The notes under the pieces are model-generated. The model worked only from the letters and a program-made list of their open reading frames with translations, ran no database searches and was not told the origin of the DNA. Of a stretch of 64,000 bases of DNA, positions 11,791 to 25,500 are shown piece by piece (within the stretch, counting starts at the first letter, position 1; every line of letters begins with the position of its first letter). Both the position numbers and the translations under genes were made by a program. The DNA comes from Saccostrea cucullata (Eukaryota), in NCBI RefSeq assembly GCF_032062105.1, contig NW_026936265.1, forward strand, positions 372,001-436,000. Direction: 5' to 3'.

Positions 11791-13623
11791 ACTGTGTCTT
11801 TGCTTGTTGTCTGAGAGTCCCCATTCTCATAATGTTCCACAGACATTTGAACAATGTAGCATGACTATATATTTTTAACTATACTTATTCTAATGTATAT
11901 GAAATATGTTCTTGTAAAATATTCTCACAGTCATTTCAGGTAATATAAACTTATAAAGCGGTACCAAAGTTTTAAAAATTTTTGACAAACCTAAAGGATT
12001 ATTAATAAGATTACTACGGGATCTGATATCAAACTGCCTGTTTTATCATGTCAATGTTTGACAAATCCCCAAAGACTCAATTTTCATGTTTTGCTTTGTT
12101 CCTATCTCCGAGAGCGAAAGATAATCTTCAAAATCAATTTGAGAGACACTTTCTTAAGACCTCTGTTTATCAATATTTTAAAGATAAAAAGTTCCAAATC
12201 AGTTCTTTGCACCTTTTGTGGAAAGTGCACGGAAATATCTGGCCAAACGCAGTGCTTGGGACGTACAGGAATTGATTGTGAGTTAGTCAGCTTTTGGGGA
12301 ATTCTTTACTGAGGAGTGTTACCTGTTGAAAGTCTATCACCTTGCTTCGGTTCTTACATAGAATTTGGTTATCAATGCCGTTTTAAACATTGGAGAAACA
12401 GTAGCAAAAAATGGGAGAAATAAAGTTTGATTCTGTTTGCTAACCCAACAGATTGTCGGGGCAATTAAACATTCAAACCTTAAAGAATTTATCAAAGATT
12501 ATCAAACATGTACCTAGAATTTTGTCGATATAAAAGGTTTTGTTTTTAGTGCATAATGATTTTGATAATCTCACGCGACCTTGTGTCGGAATGATTTGAC
12601 CTTGTGTGATTTGGCTCGGAAACTATTTGCTCTTCTCGCCGTTTGTGTGAAACAAGGAACGACATTGAGAACTCCATCGCCTTCTATTGAAGTGAAAGTA
12701 TGGTTTTGATATCATTGAATTTTTCAACCATGATTATACAATGTTAAAGCTTAGCTTAGGACAAAGAAAGTAAAAGTGTTACCTTCTCTCCGATAGAGAG
12801 ATGTAAGCAATATAATTGGTGTAATTTTATATAAGTTTTTAGCTTGTGATCGTATTGGAAAGCTTATTAAGGTGGTAGAAATTGTTGTACAAGACATTTT
12901 ATACCATCTCTGCTCCATAACCAGTTTGGATGTTCACCTAGAAACAAACATCGAATATTTATCCTGAATAGTACGACATTATATCTTACCTGAACCTTAC
13001 ATTTGAAAGAATAATTTCTCCAATTGAGTTATAATACCTTCAAAGCATTCACATCTTAACCAAAACAAAAAAATCACCTTTCATTTAATAAGTTTAGGAA
13101 ATAATGATGATTTTAACAAATACTGGAGATAACAAATGACGAGGTCACCGCAAAAGCAGGGCATCCTGAAACAAATGAGCACATTTTCTAAGAGACCTAG
13201 CTGTAAGTACGACAAACAATTCACATCAAAATAATATCAAAGAGCTGTGTTAAAAAGCTGCATCATACTAAATACTCGATGTCATATTTTATGTTCAACT
13301 TTCATTGATTCCTGATGATTCAATAAACATTAAAGCAGAAAACTTTTTAACCTCAACAAAACTGTATCATTATATACTTTTTATTGGTATGAATACAATT
13401 AAAAAAAACTATAATCAAGGATACAGCCTGATCAATTTGGTCTGTAATTCAAAGTCGATCTATTCAGGAACGTTTGAAAAGCCTAACCCAAGCTACCCGT
13501 AGTTCTCGACGTTCCGCCAACAGTTAGTTTGGTACAAACGAACTCTGGCGGAAGTTTGCAGTATAATGTATAAAGGTTTGGGTCGAGGAGAGAAAATATA
13601 CCGAATCCGATTGTACATAACTA

Positions 13624-13905
13624 TTGTTTGTTTGTATGTTGTTTAACGTTCCTCTCGAGAATTTTTCACTCATATGGAGACGCCACATTTGCCGGTGGAA
13701 AGCTGCAAATTTTGTCCTATGCTCGGCATTTAGGATCAGTGAGCAGTGAGGGATCTTTTTCGTGTCAGCACCTACTGCGGTACGGGACCTAGGTTTTTAC
13801 GGTCTTATCCGAATTAAGGACCGGTCTCCACGTCCAAAACATTCGAACCCGCGATGTATGGATCATCTCCTTACTTCGCAACGCTGGAGCAGACGCTCTA
13901 ATCAG
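13624..13905 (-). mobile_element. tRNA-derived SINE (resembles mollusc Meta-domain SINEs)
   Basis: On the minus strand: B-box GGTTCGAAT (13842-13850), central ...AGTAGGTGCTGACACGAAAAAGATCCCTCACTGCTCA...GCCGAGCATAGG, and an (AAAC)n tail. The family name is from recall. Confidence 0.75.
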
Positions 13906-14829
13906 TGCTAAAATACAGACTCCTATGTCTTCATTATATTTCTGTAATTGCAATACAACAGCAATTGCTATTCCATACAGAACGCCAAGGTGTTTTCCGA
14001 GCTTGCAAGAAAGGGTGCTTGGGAACATGAAAGGCAGACAATGGCACTGATCCCGATTTATACGATCACTTCCGTTAGGCACTAACCCACTCACCCACAC
14101 CCTCACAAGTGCTTTCCTCTCCAGCTTCGTTGTGAAGGAATAATTAACTAAAAATCCGCGGTAACTTGAACCTTGAAAACAACCTAACTGAAAATTTTAT
14201 GTCTCGTGTAGTAACCACATCAATTTGTTAGGAATTGAAGAAACATTAGCATTCATTAAGATGTCAATTCTGTAATATTTCACGAAGAATAATTATAATT
14301 CTTTTAAATTTTACAATCATAGTTCTTGATATTCTTAAAGTAATGCTGAAATATTGATGAGGCAATAATATTACTGCTGTATTTAAGCAGTAACTGGCAG
14401 ATATAAACTGAACTGCAGTTTAAGTGTTTTCTATTTCAATTTGATGTCGGAGATTCATCATTAACTCAATCAAAAGTGACATCTTTTGAAGACTATTTCA
14501 AAAGTCGCCATGTATGTTCACTTCATTTTCATAAATTTACATATTGGTTTAGAAAGTTGGAGCAGCGATGCAGAAATTCCATTCAGTTAACGAGTCGTTA
14601 TCTCCAGAAATCTTATTCTTTTGACAAGACATCAGAAAAATGTACAATAGAGAACATTTAGAGCCTATGCCACCTTTCCAAACATAATAAACGTTAGGAC
14701 GCCCAACTTTATTTGTAAAAGCAGATAGCATCTTTATTTTGTTTTCCATACACTTTTACTAACAAAGAGTATATTTTTATTAAAAACTAAGGTCCAAACT
14801 CAAATCCTATAACTGAGCAAAATATGTAT

Positions 14830-15340
14830 CTGTTCAGCCGCTGTGCACTGAAAGTATGTCAATGTACCACAGGCTTTTGTTTCTTATGTACAGGGCACCT
14901 GCTTGTGGTGAAAATAACTAACGGTCCTGTATGCGATACAAGTGGTTATGGTACGTGTGCAAGAATTAAAATCGACCATTGGAAAAAACGTTGGAGTAAG
15001 GCATTTGAGGAAAGGTTATATATTATTTAATGCTGACCCAAGCAAAGAGAAAAATCAGTTTGAAATTATTTTTTTTAACGATGAAATGTTATGTTCGAGG
15101 CCACGGGCAGACAAGATCACTGAACATCACACCGGAACAATCGTCTCCCTGTAGCGAGGAATACTACGCAAGACGATCTAATTTTAAAAACTAATTAGTG
15201 TTCAAAAAATAACATAAATGACGCTCCTTGCTGTAGTTAAAATTGGAAATTTCTTACATCAAATGATTTCAAACGGAAAGCAGAGATTTTCTTCAGCCAG
15301 GCATCTCGTGGAACCGTAGCTCAAAAGGATGGTTTCGATA
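14830..15340 (+). mobile_element. Possible highly decayed hAT-like transposase remnant
   Basis: Weak, frameshifted similarity to hAT motifs: CDT(R)W..VR near 14930 and PR...EEYY near 15100-15170. No intact ORF or TIR seen. Confidence 0.25.
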
Positions 15341-16486
15341 TATAGATGCCTTCACTCTCTTTTTTTAAATCATTAGGTTGGAATGTAATTTAAAATCTGA
15401 AGTACTTTCATTGTTAAACAATAAACAAATAACAAAATTCGAAAACATACAGTAAAAATTAATTCATCTTAAAATTTCATATTTAAAAAGTGTAGGGCTT
15501 AACCACGGGCACTTGTTTTATTAATAAATTAAGAAGAACACAAGGTACCTAAGCCAAATACCATATGGAGAACCCCCACCCTAGATCTGCAGTCATTACA
15601 CTTTCATAGATATCACATATACTTCTACCTTTGTCTGTAATTTATCTACACAGCCAAATACTGCAAGTTTGTCTTTTTTAGACATGAATTTTCTTTTTAT
15701 CTCTGTAAACAGCCATCAGAACTCTGCTATCACGTGGAAATGCTTTGAATGATGAAGGTTTGTACATTTTAATGCATATTTTATGCATCCTATTAGCAAT
15801 ATGAAGAATTTATATATACTTGTTTTGTTCTGTTGAAAAGCATATCTATGTAATCGAAGTAAATACATGTATATATATAAAGAGAGTCTTGATTAGTTGT
15901 CACAATAAATTAACAGTGCAGTTCGTGATGAATTTCTCTGAATGACTCAAAACTTACTCATTCATTAAAAAAGAACATTAATTAAAAATTTCTCACAAGC
16001 AGTAAATACACATCATGTAATAAAAATTAAATTCGGTCACAAGTTATCCGGTCTTTTAATTCTTACATATTTGATATGCACCAGTAAATCATATATGAAA
16101 GTAGTTCAGGGAAAACCTTTCCTTTCTATATAGTCTTTGTACAAAAAAGGAGAAATTTTCAATGTTTATCATTGAAGCCCAAATTTTTTTAAAGGCGCAA
16201 ATTAACATGGAATTTTTGCTACATAAAAGGACACACGGACTTCAAAGAGCTTGAATTAATGGTATGATCCCCTCTTTACATGTTTCTTTAACTTAACTGG
16301 AAATTTTCTCTAATAAATCGCGAGCGGAAACTCCTACACTAGCCTGGGACCCCTAGTAGATGAGAGGTCGTTTGGCCATGGGTAACAACATGAATGTCTC
16401 TGATTTACATGTAGGTGAGCGCACTTTGTCCTCGTGACCCTGCATGCACTGTAATGTTTAATGTAACGGGGTTCCTCAGATTCAAT

Positions 16487-17768
16487 CTGAAAATCATAGA
16501 ATGCCCATTTTGTATATTTGTATCAGTGGAAAGCACTGTATTGCAATGTTTAAAATTGCTTTATTAATTGCTGAGGATCTAAAGTAAATAGAAACATGAG
16601 AAAGAAACAGACATGTTCAGTATCGTCAGTGAGATGTAGAAAAATATGTAAATTGTATTCAAACTGAAAATCATAGAATGCCCATTTTGTATATTTGTAT
16701 CAGTTCTGGAAAGCAAAGTGTCATATTGTATTGCATATGTGGATGGTATTTTACACTTAAAAATTGCTTTATTAATTGCTAAAGGATTATTTGAATTAAA
16801 GTAAAACTGATTATTTGAATTACGGGGTCAAGCTGCACAAACAAACATTTGAATTTCACTGTTAGCTGCACAAACTAAAACTGATTATTTGAATTGTACT
16901 GTTAAAAATAAAACTGATTATTTAAATTGTAAAACTGATTATTTGAATTAGCACTGTTAGCTGCACAAACTAAAACTGATTATTTGAATTACACTTTTAA
17001 AACTGATTATTTGAATGCATGCACAAACTAAAATGAAAATATGAACACAAACTAAAACTGATTATTTGCGGTCACTGGCTGCACAAACTAAAACTGATTA
17101 TTTGAATTGCTCTGCACAAACTAAAAGATTATTTGAATTACATTTAATTTGAATTTGGCACAAACAAAAATAACTGTTAGCTGCACAAACTAAAACTGAT
17201 TATTTGAATTACGGGGTCACTGTTAGCTGCACAAACAAGGATCTTTTGGGTGTGTTTTTTTTTCCGGCGCTTGGCGAATCATATAGGGTGAGTTCACCAT
17301 ACATCGGACACATATAAATCAGTTTGTTACCGATTGTGTTTGTCATGATAAAAATACCCCACAAATGCTGCATATTTTACATTGAATCGAAATTTATGAT
17401 TTTGCAATTTTCAGAGTTATGGTTCTTTTAAATTCGACTTGTCCAACCCATCAAAAAAGTCACTGTAGTCAATTATTTCACCGTACATCGGACACAAATT
17501 GCATCGGACACTTTTTTTTTCATACAAACAGCTGACAGCTGTTTTTTTATTTTCAGTCAAAATACAAGTTATTGATATATGACGCCTGGAATTTGACTCA
17601 ATTTATTTCTACAAACCAGAGTATGATAAACCATGAGAGAAACTAAAACTGATTATTTGAATTACGATGTATCTTGGTCACTGTTAAAGTTATTTCTGCA
17701 CAAACAAGGAACTTTTGGGTATTTCTTCATGGTGAATTCTTTATTTCCGGCGCTTGGCGAATCATATA
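16487..17768. repeat. Scrambled tandem array of a 46-bp unit plus flanking duplications
   Basis: Unit AAACTAAAACTGATTATTTGAATTACGGGGTCACTGTTAGCTGCAC is intact at 17187-17232 and fragmented across 16785-17186. Segment 16487-16580 is duplicated at about 16663-16790, and 17187-17285 at about 17640-17768. Confidence 0.85.
17286..17520. mobile_element. Probable single terminus of a TA-targeting DNA transposon
   Basis: Starts TA|GGGTGAGTTCACCATACATCGGACAC; CATCGGACAC occurs three times. The partner end was not found. Confidence 0.4.
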
Positions 17769-18261
17769 TACTAGCTTGTGCGGATTAGCAAAACATGCAT
17801 ATCAAAGAAAAACAGATGGATTAACAGTTCTGACATTCTCTGTTTTATAATCTTATCTTCATCTACATTTGTGGAACATTCGGCTCTCAAAGATGAACAA
17901 ACCGAAGCGACTTGGTTCTGTCAACGCTGGGGTTTGAGCGCCATTTTCTCCAGCCCACACGCGAGTAACTCCGAACAAGAGAAACTTAAGAATCCCAGCT
18001 CTAGTTATATGGTTATGCAGTTTTGGACTCTAAAACCTGAACTATCTGCCTATACCTTTACACAAAATAAAGAGTTTAATTCCAACAGTAACAGATTGGT
18101 TACTTTATTTTCTTATAATTTTAAAAAGTACTATGGATGAAAAATAGCAAAAAAAAAAACATCAAACAAAAAAAAAATTAGAATTTTTTTTTTAAAAAAA
18201 GCTGAAAATAAAAAAAAAACATCGATTGATCTCAAAATAATACCGAAACAAATTTTTGGAG

Positions 18262-18335
18262 AGTGCATGAACACGGGCCCCCTTTGGTTCAGCTGCCTAG
18301 GAGGAGTAAGTATCCTTTGCCGACTGTTCAAACCA
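18262..18335 (-). mobile_element. Isolated Penelope-like 3' module fragment
   Basis: AACACGGGCC...TGCCTAGGAGGAGTAAGTATCC...GCCGACTG resembles 6400-6480. Confidence 0.55.
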
Positions 18336-19269
18336 AAACATGCTTATCACAGATCTTGACTTTCCTAAACCATAAGCATCGCATTCAAAAATACAGTTTT
18401 CAGCCCAAATAAAATGTAAAAAATTGAAAAAAGATGCTAAAAGTCATGTTGCGGAATTTAATTTTTTTGCCAAATAAAAATTCAAGTCGTTGAATGTATG
18501 TTTGCAAAAGAAAAATGACGTTAAGAAATCTCGGGTAAATATACTGCAGATCTTTCTTTTTCAAATAAAATAAATAAATTGAATTTAATAAATTAATTCA
18601 TTGATTAAAATTAATGAATATTTGCAAATACATATATAGTCTTGTTGCAGTATTTTATTTTGCCAGTGACAAAAAGTACCAAAGTCGCAGATTTTTATAT
18701 TACATGTACGAACAACAAAACCTTAAAAAGCAAAAACCAATGAAACATAATAAAACTTAACGTAAAATGATGCTTGCTAATGCTTTAAAACCAGCACTAA
18801 TTTGGACTCAAAGCATACATGGAAGCTACTAGAGGGTGCAGAAGTAGGACATTTTCCCAATTTCCTCAATTATGGTGGAACTGCATCATATTTGAGAAAC
18901 TTTTCTCTTTGGAAAACATACAGCACAAGCTTGCCTATATCTGAGATTTTTACACATAAACTGCGTCTGATACTAGTGTATAAAATATATAAATTTGGTA
19001 GATAGCCAAGCTTGTGCTCAATGTTTTCCGAAACAAAATGTGCTGCAAAATCGATGAAAATTTGCATAAAAATGAGAGAATTCGAAAATTTACCCGATTT
19101 CTGGCCTCTCTGTGACCTCTGTGTATTCCAAAACTTGGAACCAATACTCATTTTGTGACAGGGGTGACAACGGCTTTTTATGGATGAAGTGTTGTTTCGT
19201 TCTGAAAGACAGAATCAGGGACCAGAAAGGGATCTTAACCTATCTTGTCCTTTCTTGCAGGTATGTCAA

Positions 19270-19500
19270 AACTCCATGGTCAAGGTCAGGATGTTTAATT
19301 TGTTGGTACCTAAAGAGAGGGTTTGTCACAAGGAATGCATCTGTGATAATGAAAGTCCTAGCACTCATTAATTGTTCAGAAGATATGTTCCAAAAGTAGA
19401 TCAAACTCAAAGATCAAGATTGAAGGATTAAGGAAAGAGTGCGACATCTGAAATATACCCTAGTTCCAACCCTTCAGAGGTTTTGAAAGTTAAGGTGTAG
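19270..19500 (+). mobile_element. Decayed Helentron-associated satellite-like repeat
   Basis: GGTCAAGGTCA...TTGGTACC...TTGTCACAAGGAAT...TGAAAG motif chain, the same family as 58068-58500 in the opposite orientation. Confidence 0.55.
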
Positions 19501-22500
19501 TAAAGCTCAAGTAGGCATGGTATAGCATTGGAATTTTTATAAAACATAAACCAAATAAAAAGAAACAAAAATGCAAAATGATTAATATGCCAAAAACAAA
19601 ATTAAAGGTGCAAGGACAAAATTTGACATGCTGCAGATTTTCAACATAGCAAAGACAAAAATATCTACCGGGGTAAGTAGTTATATTATTGATTTATTTT
19701 TTTTTTTAAACGTGAACCAGAAATTAAATATAAAATGTTTCAGATTCTTAATTTGCCAAAAACAAAATAAATAAATGCAATTAACAGGTCAAGATGGCTG
19801 TGCATGTTTCACTTATCAGATTTTAGGATTGTCTATCTTCTTAAAACACATTTCGAAAGATTTAACAAAGATATTTCAACTGATAATAAGAAAGGAAGTG
19901 TTTCCTATTCCCCGGGGTCTAATGACATTCAAGACAGTGTAGGCATAGACGACGTCAATGTATATCAGCTAAATACCTCATTAAAGTTCCTTTATTTCAA
20001 GAAAAGGAAGTTGCAAATTATTCATTGATCTGGACTGTCAGCAAAAACAGGGGATCCGAGACCCTTTTCACAAAAAAATCTTACGATTCACCTCTCTGTA
20101 ATTTTTTTTTATTTCATTATGATTTATTTCTAAATAATTAGTTAAATTTTATAGAAAAGTAAGATTTTTGTAACTTAGATACTTGTAGAATGAGGGGAGC
20201 ATTTTTATGTTCACTTTTTTTAGATGCAGATAAAGCTTATGATGGCTTACACGTCTTGGCAGACTCGTGTAAGTGATGTTCATCACGTGCAGGCGCGTAA
20301 TCTCAGAGGACACTCTGATTCCCCCAAATTATTCAGGGGTTAGCTATCATAGAGTCCCCTCCCGCCCTATTGTAATCTAGCTTTAGACGCACGGTGAAAC
20401 CCTATCATGATTAAACTGTTCCTGATGACATACACAATCATATTATACATTATGAACTTCTCTCAAAGCTATTTTGTTTCAAAAATTCTTTTCAACGTCG
20501 ATGAAAACACCAAATTAAGACGTTTCTGAAATGATTAAGGGTTACCTGTAAAATGCTTAACTGGCAAACATTATCCTATATCTTCTGTTTTATGAGATGT
20601 AGAGACTTGTTATTTTCGGTTTTCTGAAATTTGATATCCTATATTCAACATGCTATAATTTTTATGATTTTGCAAGGAATCTACCTATTCTCTTTGAAAT
20701 TAAGACACGAAAATATATAAAATATTCAAAAGGTCGCAAACTTTACAAAGGCATTTTTCTCTCGTGTTTTAATTCAGATTTTACAAAGATATTATTATGT
20801 CTTGTTTCCCTTCACTTGTGGTTTATATTAAATTTCTTATTTATGATAAGCTAACAATAAGATTTTATGCAATAACATAGCTTTAAAAAATTTTTCTCAA
20901 AATTTCTTTTTATCTTTGCTTCAAGAGAGCATATTGTGATAAAATAAATACTGCTATATGCAATTGAAAATTCATACATTGTTCCACGAAAATTACAGGA
21001 CTAAGAGGAGTCCTTATTTTGATGAAATAATTTTTTAGTGTAGAAATAAGAAAGTTTTTTATATTAAAGTTTTAATTTTAAAAAATTCCAATGTTTTGCT
21101 TAGATTTTCGGGAAAAAAAATCAACCACATTGAAATCATCTCGAGGAAAAAAATTATTCTTTTCTATTTAACCGGGAAAAGAAAATTCTGTAAAGCCATT
21201 ATCCTTGATAATCCTTTATTACATCTCCAGGTTAAAATCTTTGGAATTCCATTAAAATATCATATAAACAATTAGCATGCTAAAGAAGTAATGTATTTGC
21301 ACGAATCTCGTTAAAAATGTGCTATTTGATACAATGCATATTTCATTTACCCACAATATTTTGTGTTTCAACATTTTTGTCTCGCAAATTGATATCAGAA
21401 TACGTGCACACCTTCTAATCATTCCTCCCTCTAAATATATATAATCTATTGTATAAAAATGGAAACTTGATTTACAGAATAAATAAATGTTATAATTGGC
21501 TCAAATGGAGCAGGGCTTCAATGAAGTAATAATAACACTCTCTTTTTTATTTGAAACAGCTGCAAAAGTACTGTGTGTAAATACTGTTTTAATTTGGTCT
21601 GAGGAAATTTCTTTTTTTTTCAAATATTTACTTGAACTCAATCAAAAAATTTCCTAATCACAAAAGGGTATACCAATATAATTAAAAGATAAATTCAAGA
21701 CGAAAAAATACGAGATAACCTTGACTCCCTTTGGTTACAGGTGGAATACATGTTCCTGGCCAAAGTAAATACGAAGAGCTGTAATTTAGTTTTAATTGTT
21801 AGCAATGTATCGTTACGCCCCCTTTATCGTCAATTGAAATGAAATTAATTTCACGTGTATCGTTTCTCTACTTCGGAAGAACACCCCTTTAATATAAGAA
21901 AAAGTATAACAACGGAGCACGAGCACTTCTTAGCAGGGAGATAACGCCTGGATCTAAATCCCTCGCAGTCGGATGTTAAACCACGAACTTGAAACTTTAA
22001 TGGGATTTCAAATGCAAATTTAGTCGGTGATGGATTAAAATCTTTAATCCACAATAGCTCTATCTGCTGAGGAAAAGGGGGAAACCACCCCGTATCTTTC
22101 ATCCATAGGTGAGGATCAGCCGCACACCTTGTCTATAGGTGTAAATACTCAAGTCTTTGACATAAAGTTTACTTATTCGGTGGATTTACAATGTGCATGA
22201 GCTGCAAGAAGTCGTTTTATTTTCACTTTAACAATCGTTTGGTCCAATAAGTGACTTCCCAGTGATAATACGACAATAATATATAGTACTATACATATCA
22301 CGTGGTGTCTAGCGGGAGGAACAAAGAATGAGTTTTTTCTTATCACCTAAAGAACAGCATACCTGTTAATGCGTGGAATTTAGATAAAAAAGAAAATAAT
22401 AAATTCTAAATTAAAATTCAGGTGGAATCCACATTCAATGGACAGTTAAAATGCGAAAGGCGACGTGAGAACATCTTATACTCAGTGAAAGTTTTCCTCT

Positions 22501-25500
22501 AAAATTATAATTAATGGTTATCTTTAACTATATAGGATAAAACGAACCTAAAATTCTGGATTGGATTTTAATGCTAGAAATAAAATGCTAATTTAGAAAT
22601 CAATACTGTCGCCTGGTGTATATTTCATTTTGTTACAAGACACAGGAGTTATTGCATGTGGTAGTAAACTACCTGGAATTGGTGAAAAGAGGGTGCTCTG
22701 TGCGGATTTCTTTTACTTAATGATGAAAATTAATCACTTATCATGTCGAGAATAGTGGCTATCAATTTCTTGGATCATTCGTTGTAAATTTCTGAAGACG
22801 GAATATATTTTTGGGACCCGCCTATGATTTAGCTGCGATCAGGTAGGTCTTTTTAGTTAGATAATTATGTATTTTTAAAAGCGGAGAAACGTTTTTGGAG
22901 CTTAAAATATTGTTGAGATTTATCAGGTCTGACTGTACTCAGCAACTTTCTTAAATTTTATGCAGACAGACAAAAGAAAAACATCGATCACTATCTCTTA
23001 TAATTTGTACTTAGTGCATAATTTGTATGCACGTTAAACAACTGTTTCCTTCCTTTGCATAAACAGAGGTACCCTATTTGCTTTATTTATATACATGGCT
23101 CGTTCAATTCTGTTGTGTTGCCAACGATATTTCTGATAAAAATCACTTGTTCCCCGTCATATTTTGAAGATTTAGGAGTGGTATATAAATTGAGTGTCTT
23201 CATTGCGATCTCTATCTTTGACGCTCTTTCTAAGGACAATGTTCACCTATCGTATTTCTCTGCATTTATAATGAACTATATCTGCTTTTTAGCTATTTAT
23301 TGATCAGCTTTTATCATTTTGGTTGTAAGCACTTTTTTTGCATATTTTTCATGGACTATTTACAGTTGTAACAGTTATCAACGTGTCTAAGCTACATTTA
23401 GAGGGACACGGACGTTGTTAGATATATTATCAAGGGGAGACAATGCAAGATGCATTCCATTGTTCATTAATTAACAATATATGGCGCATTAGAATACTAC
23501 TTTGTCAACAAAAGAGGCAACAAAAAAGACAGTATTTCTCTTCTGAAGCTTTGTATACTAGTTTTTTTGTTACATAGTAGGAGTGTGGCCTGTCTAACTA
23601 ATGGAAATGTATAGGAGCCCTAATGTTTCTGACGTTTAAGACAAATTATAAGCTACAGGCCACACAAACCCTCAGCTTGACTCAAAAGATTTAATTTAAG
23701 AAAAATTGCTTGCAAAATGGCATGGCGTTATATCAAAGTGCACTAGGTTTATTTTCTGTAGGTTCTCATATATATAGTAAGTTGTGAAATTTATTATGTA
23801 ATGTTGATATTATTTCTACAATAAATATCGCATATCACACTATCACACTCTCAGGCATTACTAATGAAGTTTATAAGTGATTAAATTAAGTTACCATATT
23901 CTTACATACTTTTCCACATCCTGAAAAACAGTTAGAAAGAATGTTTAATGTTACAATGTACATACGCTCAAAACAGCTCAGCAAAGTTTTCACATAGTTT
24001 CTGTAAGCAATGACGTTTTATTTGACGATTAGTTTCTAATTTAGCATTTATTTAATGTTATTTTGAACACCCTATTGTCACAGGTGGGGATATGTCTTGG
24101 GGTAAATAACCGATTAATTCTAGTTTTCCCACATTCTTCTGACAAGGGGGTACAAAAACATAGGAAGACGACAACATTGGATTCGTGACATAACTTAAAC
24201 TGAGGGTTACTAGATGTACTCTTCAATAATTCGCACACCTGTGCGTGTCCGAATTTGCGTGTCCTCGAATCTTGAAACCAATAATATGATATTTGTACTT
24301 ATCTCCATGTAACTCCTAATGATAGTCCATCGGCTCCAACCTTTTATAGAGACGTAATCATACCGTAAGGAATACCACCTAGACAAATTAATTACAAGAA
24401 GACTTCATTTGTCACTTGCTGTAAGTATTAAGGGAGATTACAGGGTCAAACAAGGTATTCCCAGGACAATGTATCATTTTTCGTATTTTTTTATGCAAAC
24501 ATTACTATTTTTTATAAGCTTCATCTCAGCTGATTTGGGGTTTCAAAATAATTGAAATATCTCAAGTTTACGTAATCTTAAGACAGGGGCACAATTAGTT
24601 ACCTTGCTTTTAAAATTCGTTCAAATTTCCTGGTAACTTGGAGTGACTATGTACCATGCGGGTGTGAAAGTGCTTTAGTCCGACACTGCAGTTAATTAAT
24701 TGACACCCATGCTTAAACCCTGGTCCTCAAAAAATTAATTTTCATGAAAGAATATCATTTGAATATTGACCTAGTCTTAAAGAATTCAAAGTACGTATGA
24801 TATATCATTTTATTCACACATGGCAAACATTAAAGGTACACATGTATTTCAAAATGAATGCTATGATCAAATGGGTAGATGAAGATATGTATACCTAAGT
24901 TTCTAATACAATATAAAAGTGCTTTGTGACTGCGTATGTGCTTTAGAAGTGTTTGAAAAGACAAGTGTATGTACTTTAGAAAACTTTTCAAAAATATGAA
25001 ATATAACCCTTAATATATATCGGTGAATATGTCTAAAGCAATTTATATTTAATTTAGTTATGATGCTTTGACATTTTTATGTAAGCAATGAGTCAATATA
25101 TATTAGTTTCTTGTATAACCAAAATTTTAGTCCTTTAAGGTATTCTACATAGACAAACTCGTCACAATGCCTCGAAAACTTTTAAGTCTTGAAATACATG
25201 TAAAATTGTCGGAAGCAATATTTGTGTGGGTTATGATCTGCATGGCATTTTTATAACAGTTAACACGTCTGCTTTCTAATCTGGAGCCAAAATTTAACAA
25301 TAAACAATGATTAATTTCATTCAATCGGTTTTAACTGACCATAAAAGGCCAAAGGGTTTTTTTTTGTTTACAGAGTATCAATTAGGAACAGTAACACTGC
25401 TTTATAAATAGTTTTGTAGCATTTATCTTATTGATGAGCAGGAAGGGAGGGCTTAAGGCGTAAATCGCCCATATCTTTTTGAGAAATCCGCAGATAACCT

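Noticed and set aside
13789-14106. 105-aa minus-strand ORF, or a tRNA gene at the B-box
   Set aside because: Overlaps the SINE head; no cloverleaf and no coding signature.
16785-17240. CRISPR-like appearance (repeated AAAACTGATTATTTGAATT with variable spacers)
   Set aside because: The spacers are fragments of the same 46-bp unit with irregular lengths, there are no cas genes, and the context is eukaryotic.
18840-19135. Possible DNA-transposon terminus with several overlapping short ORFs
   Set aside because: No partner TIR or TSD found, and the ORFs show no recognisable homology.
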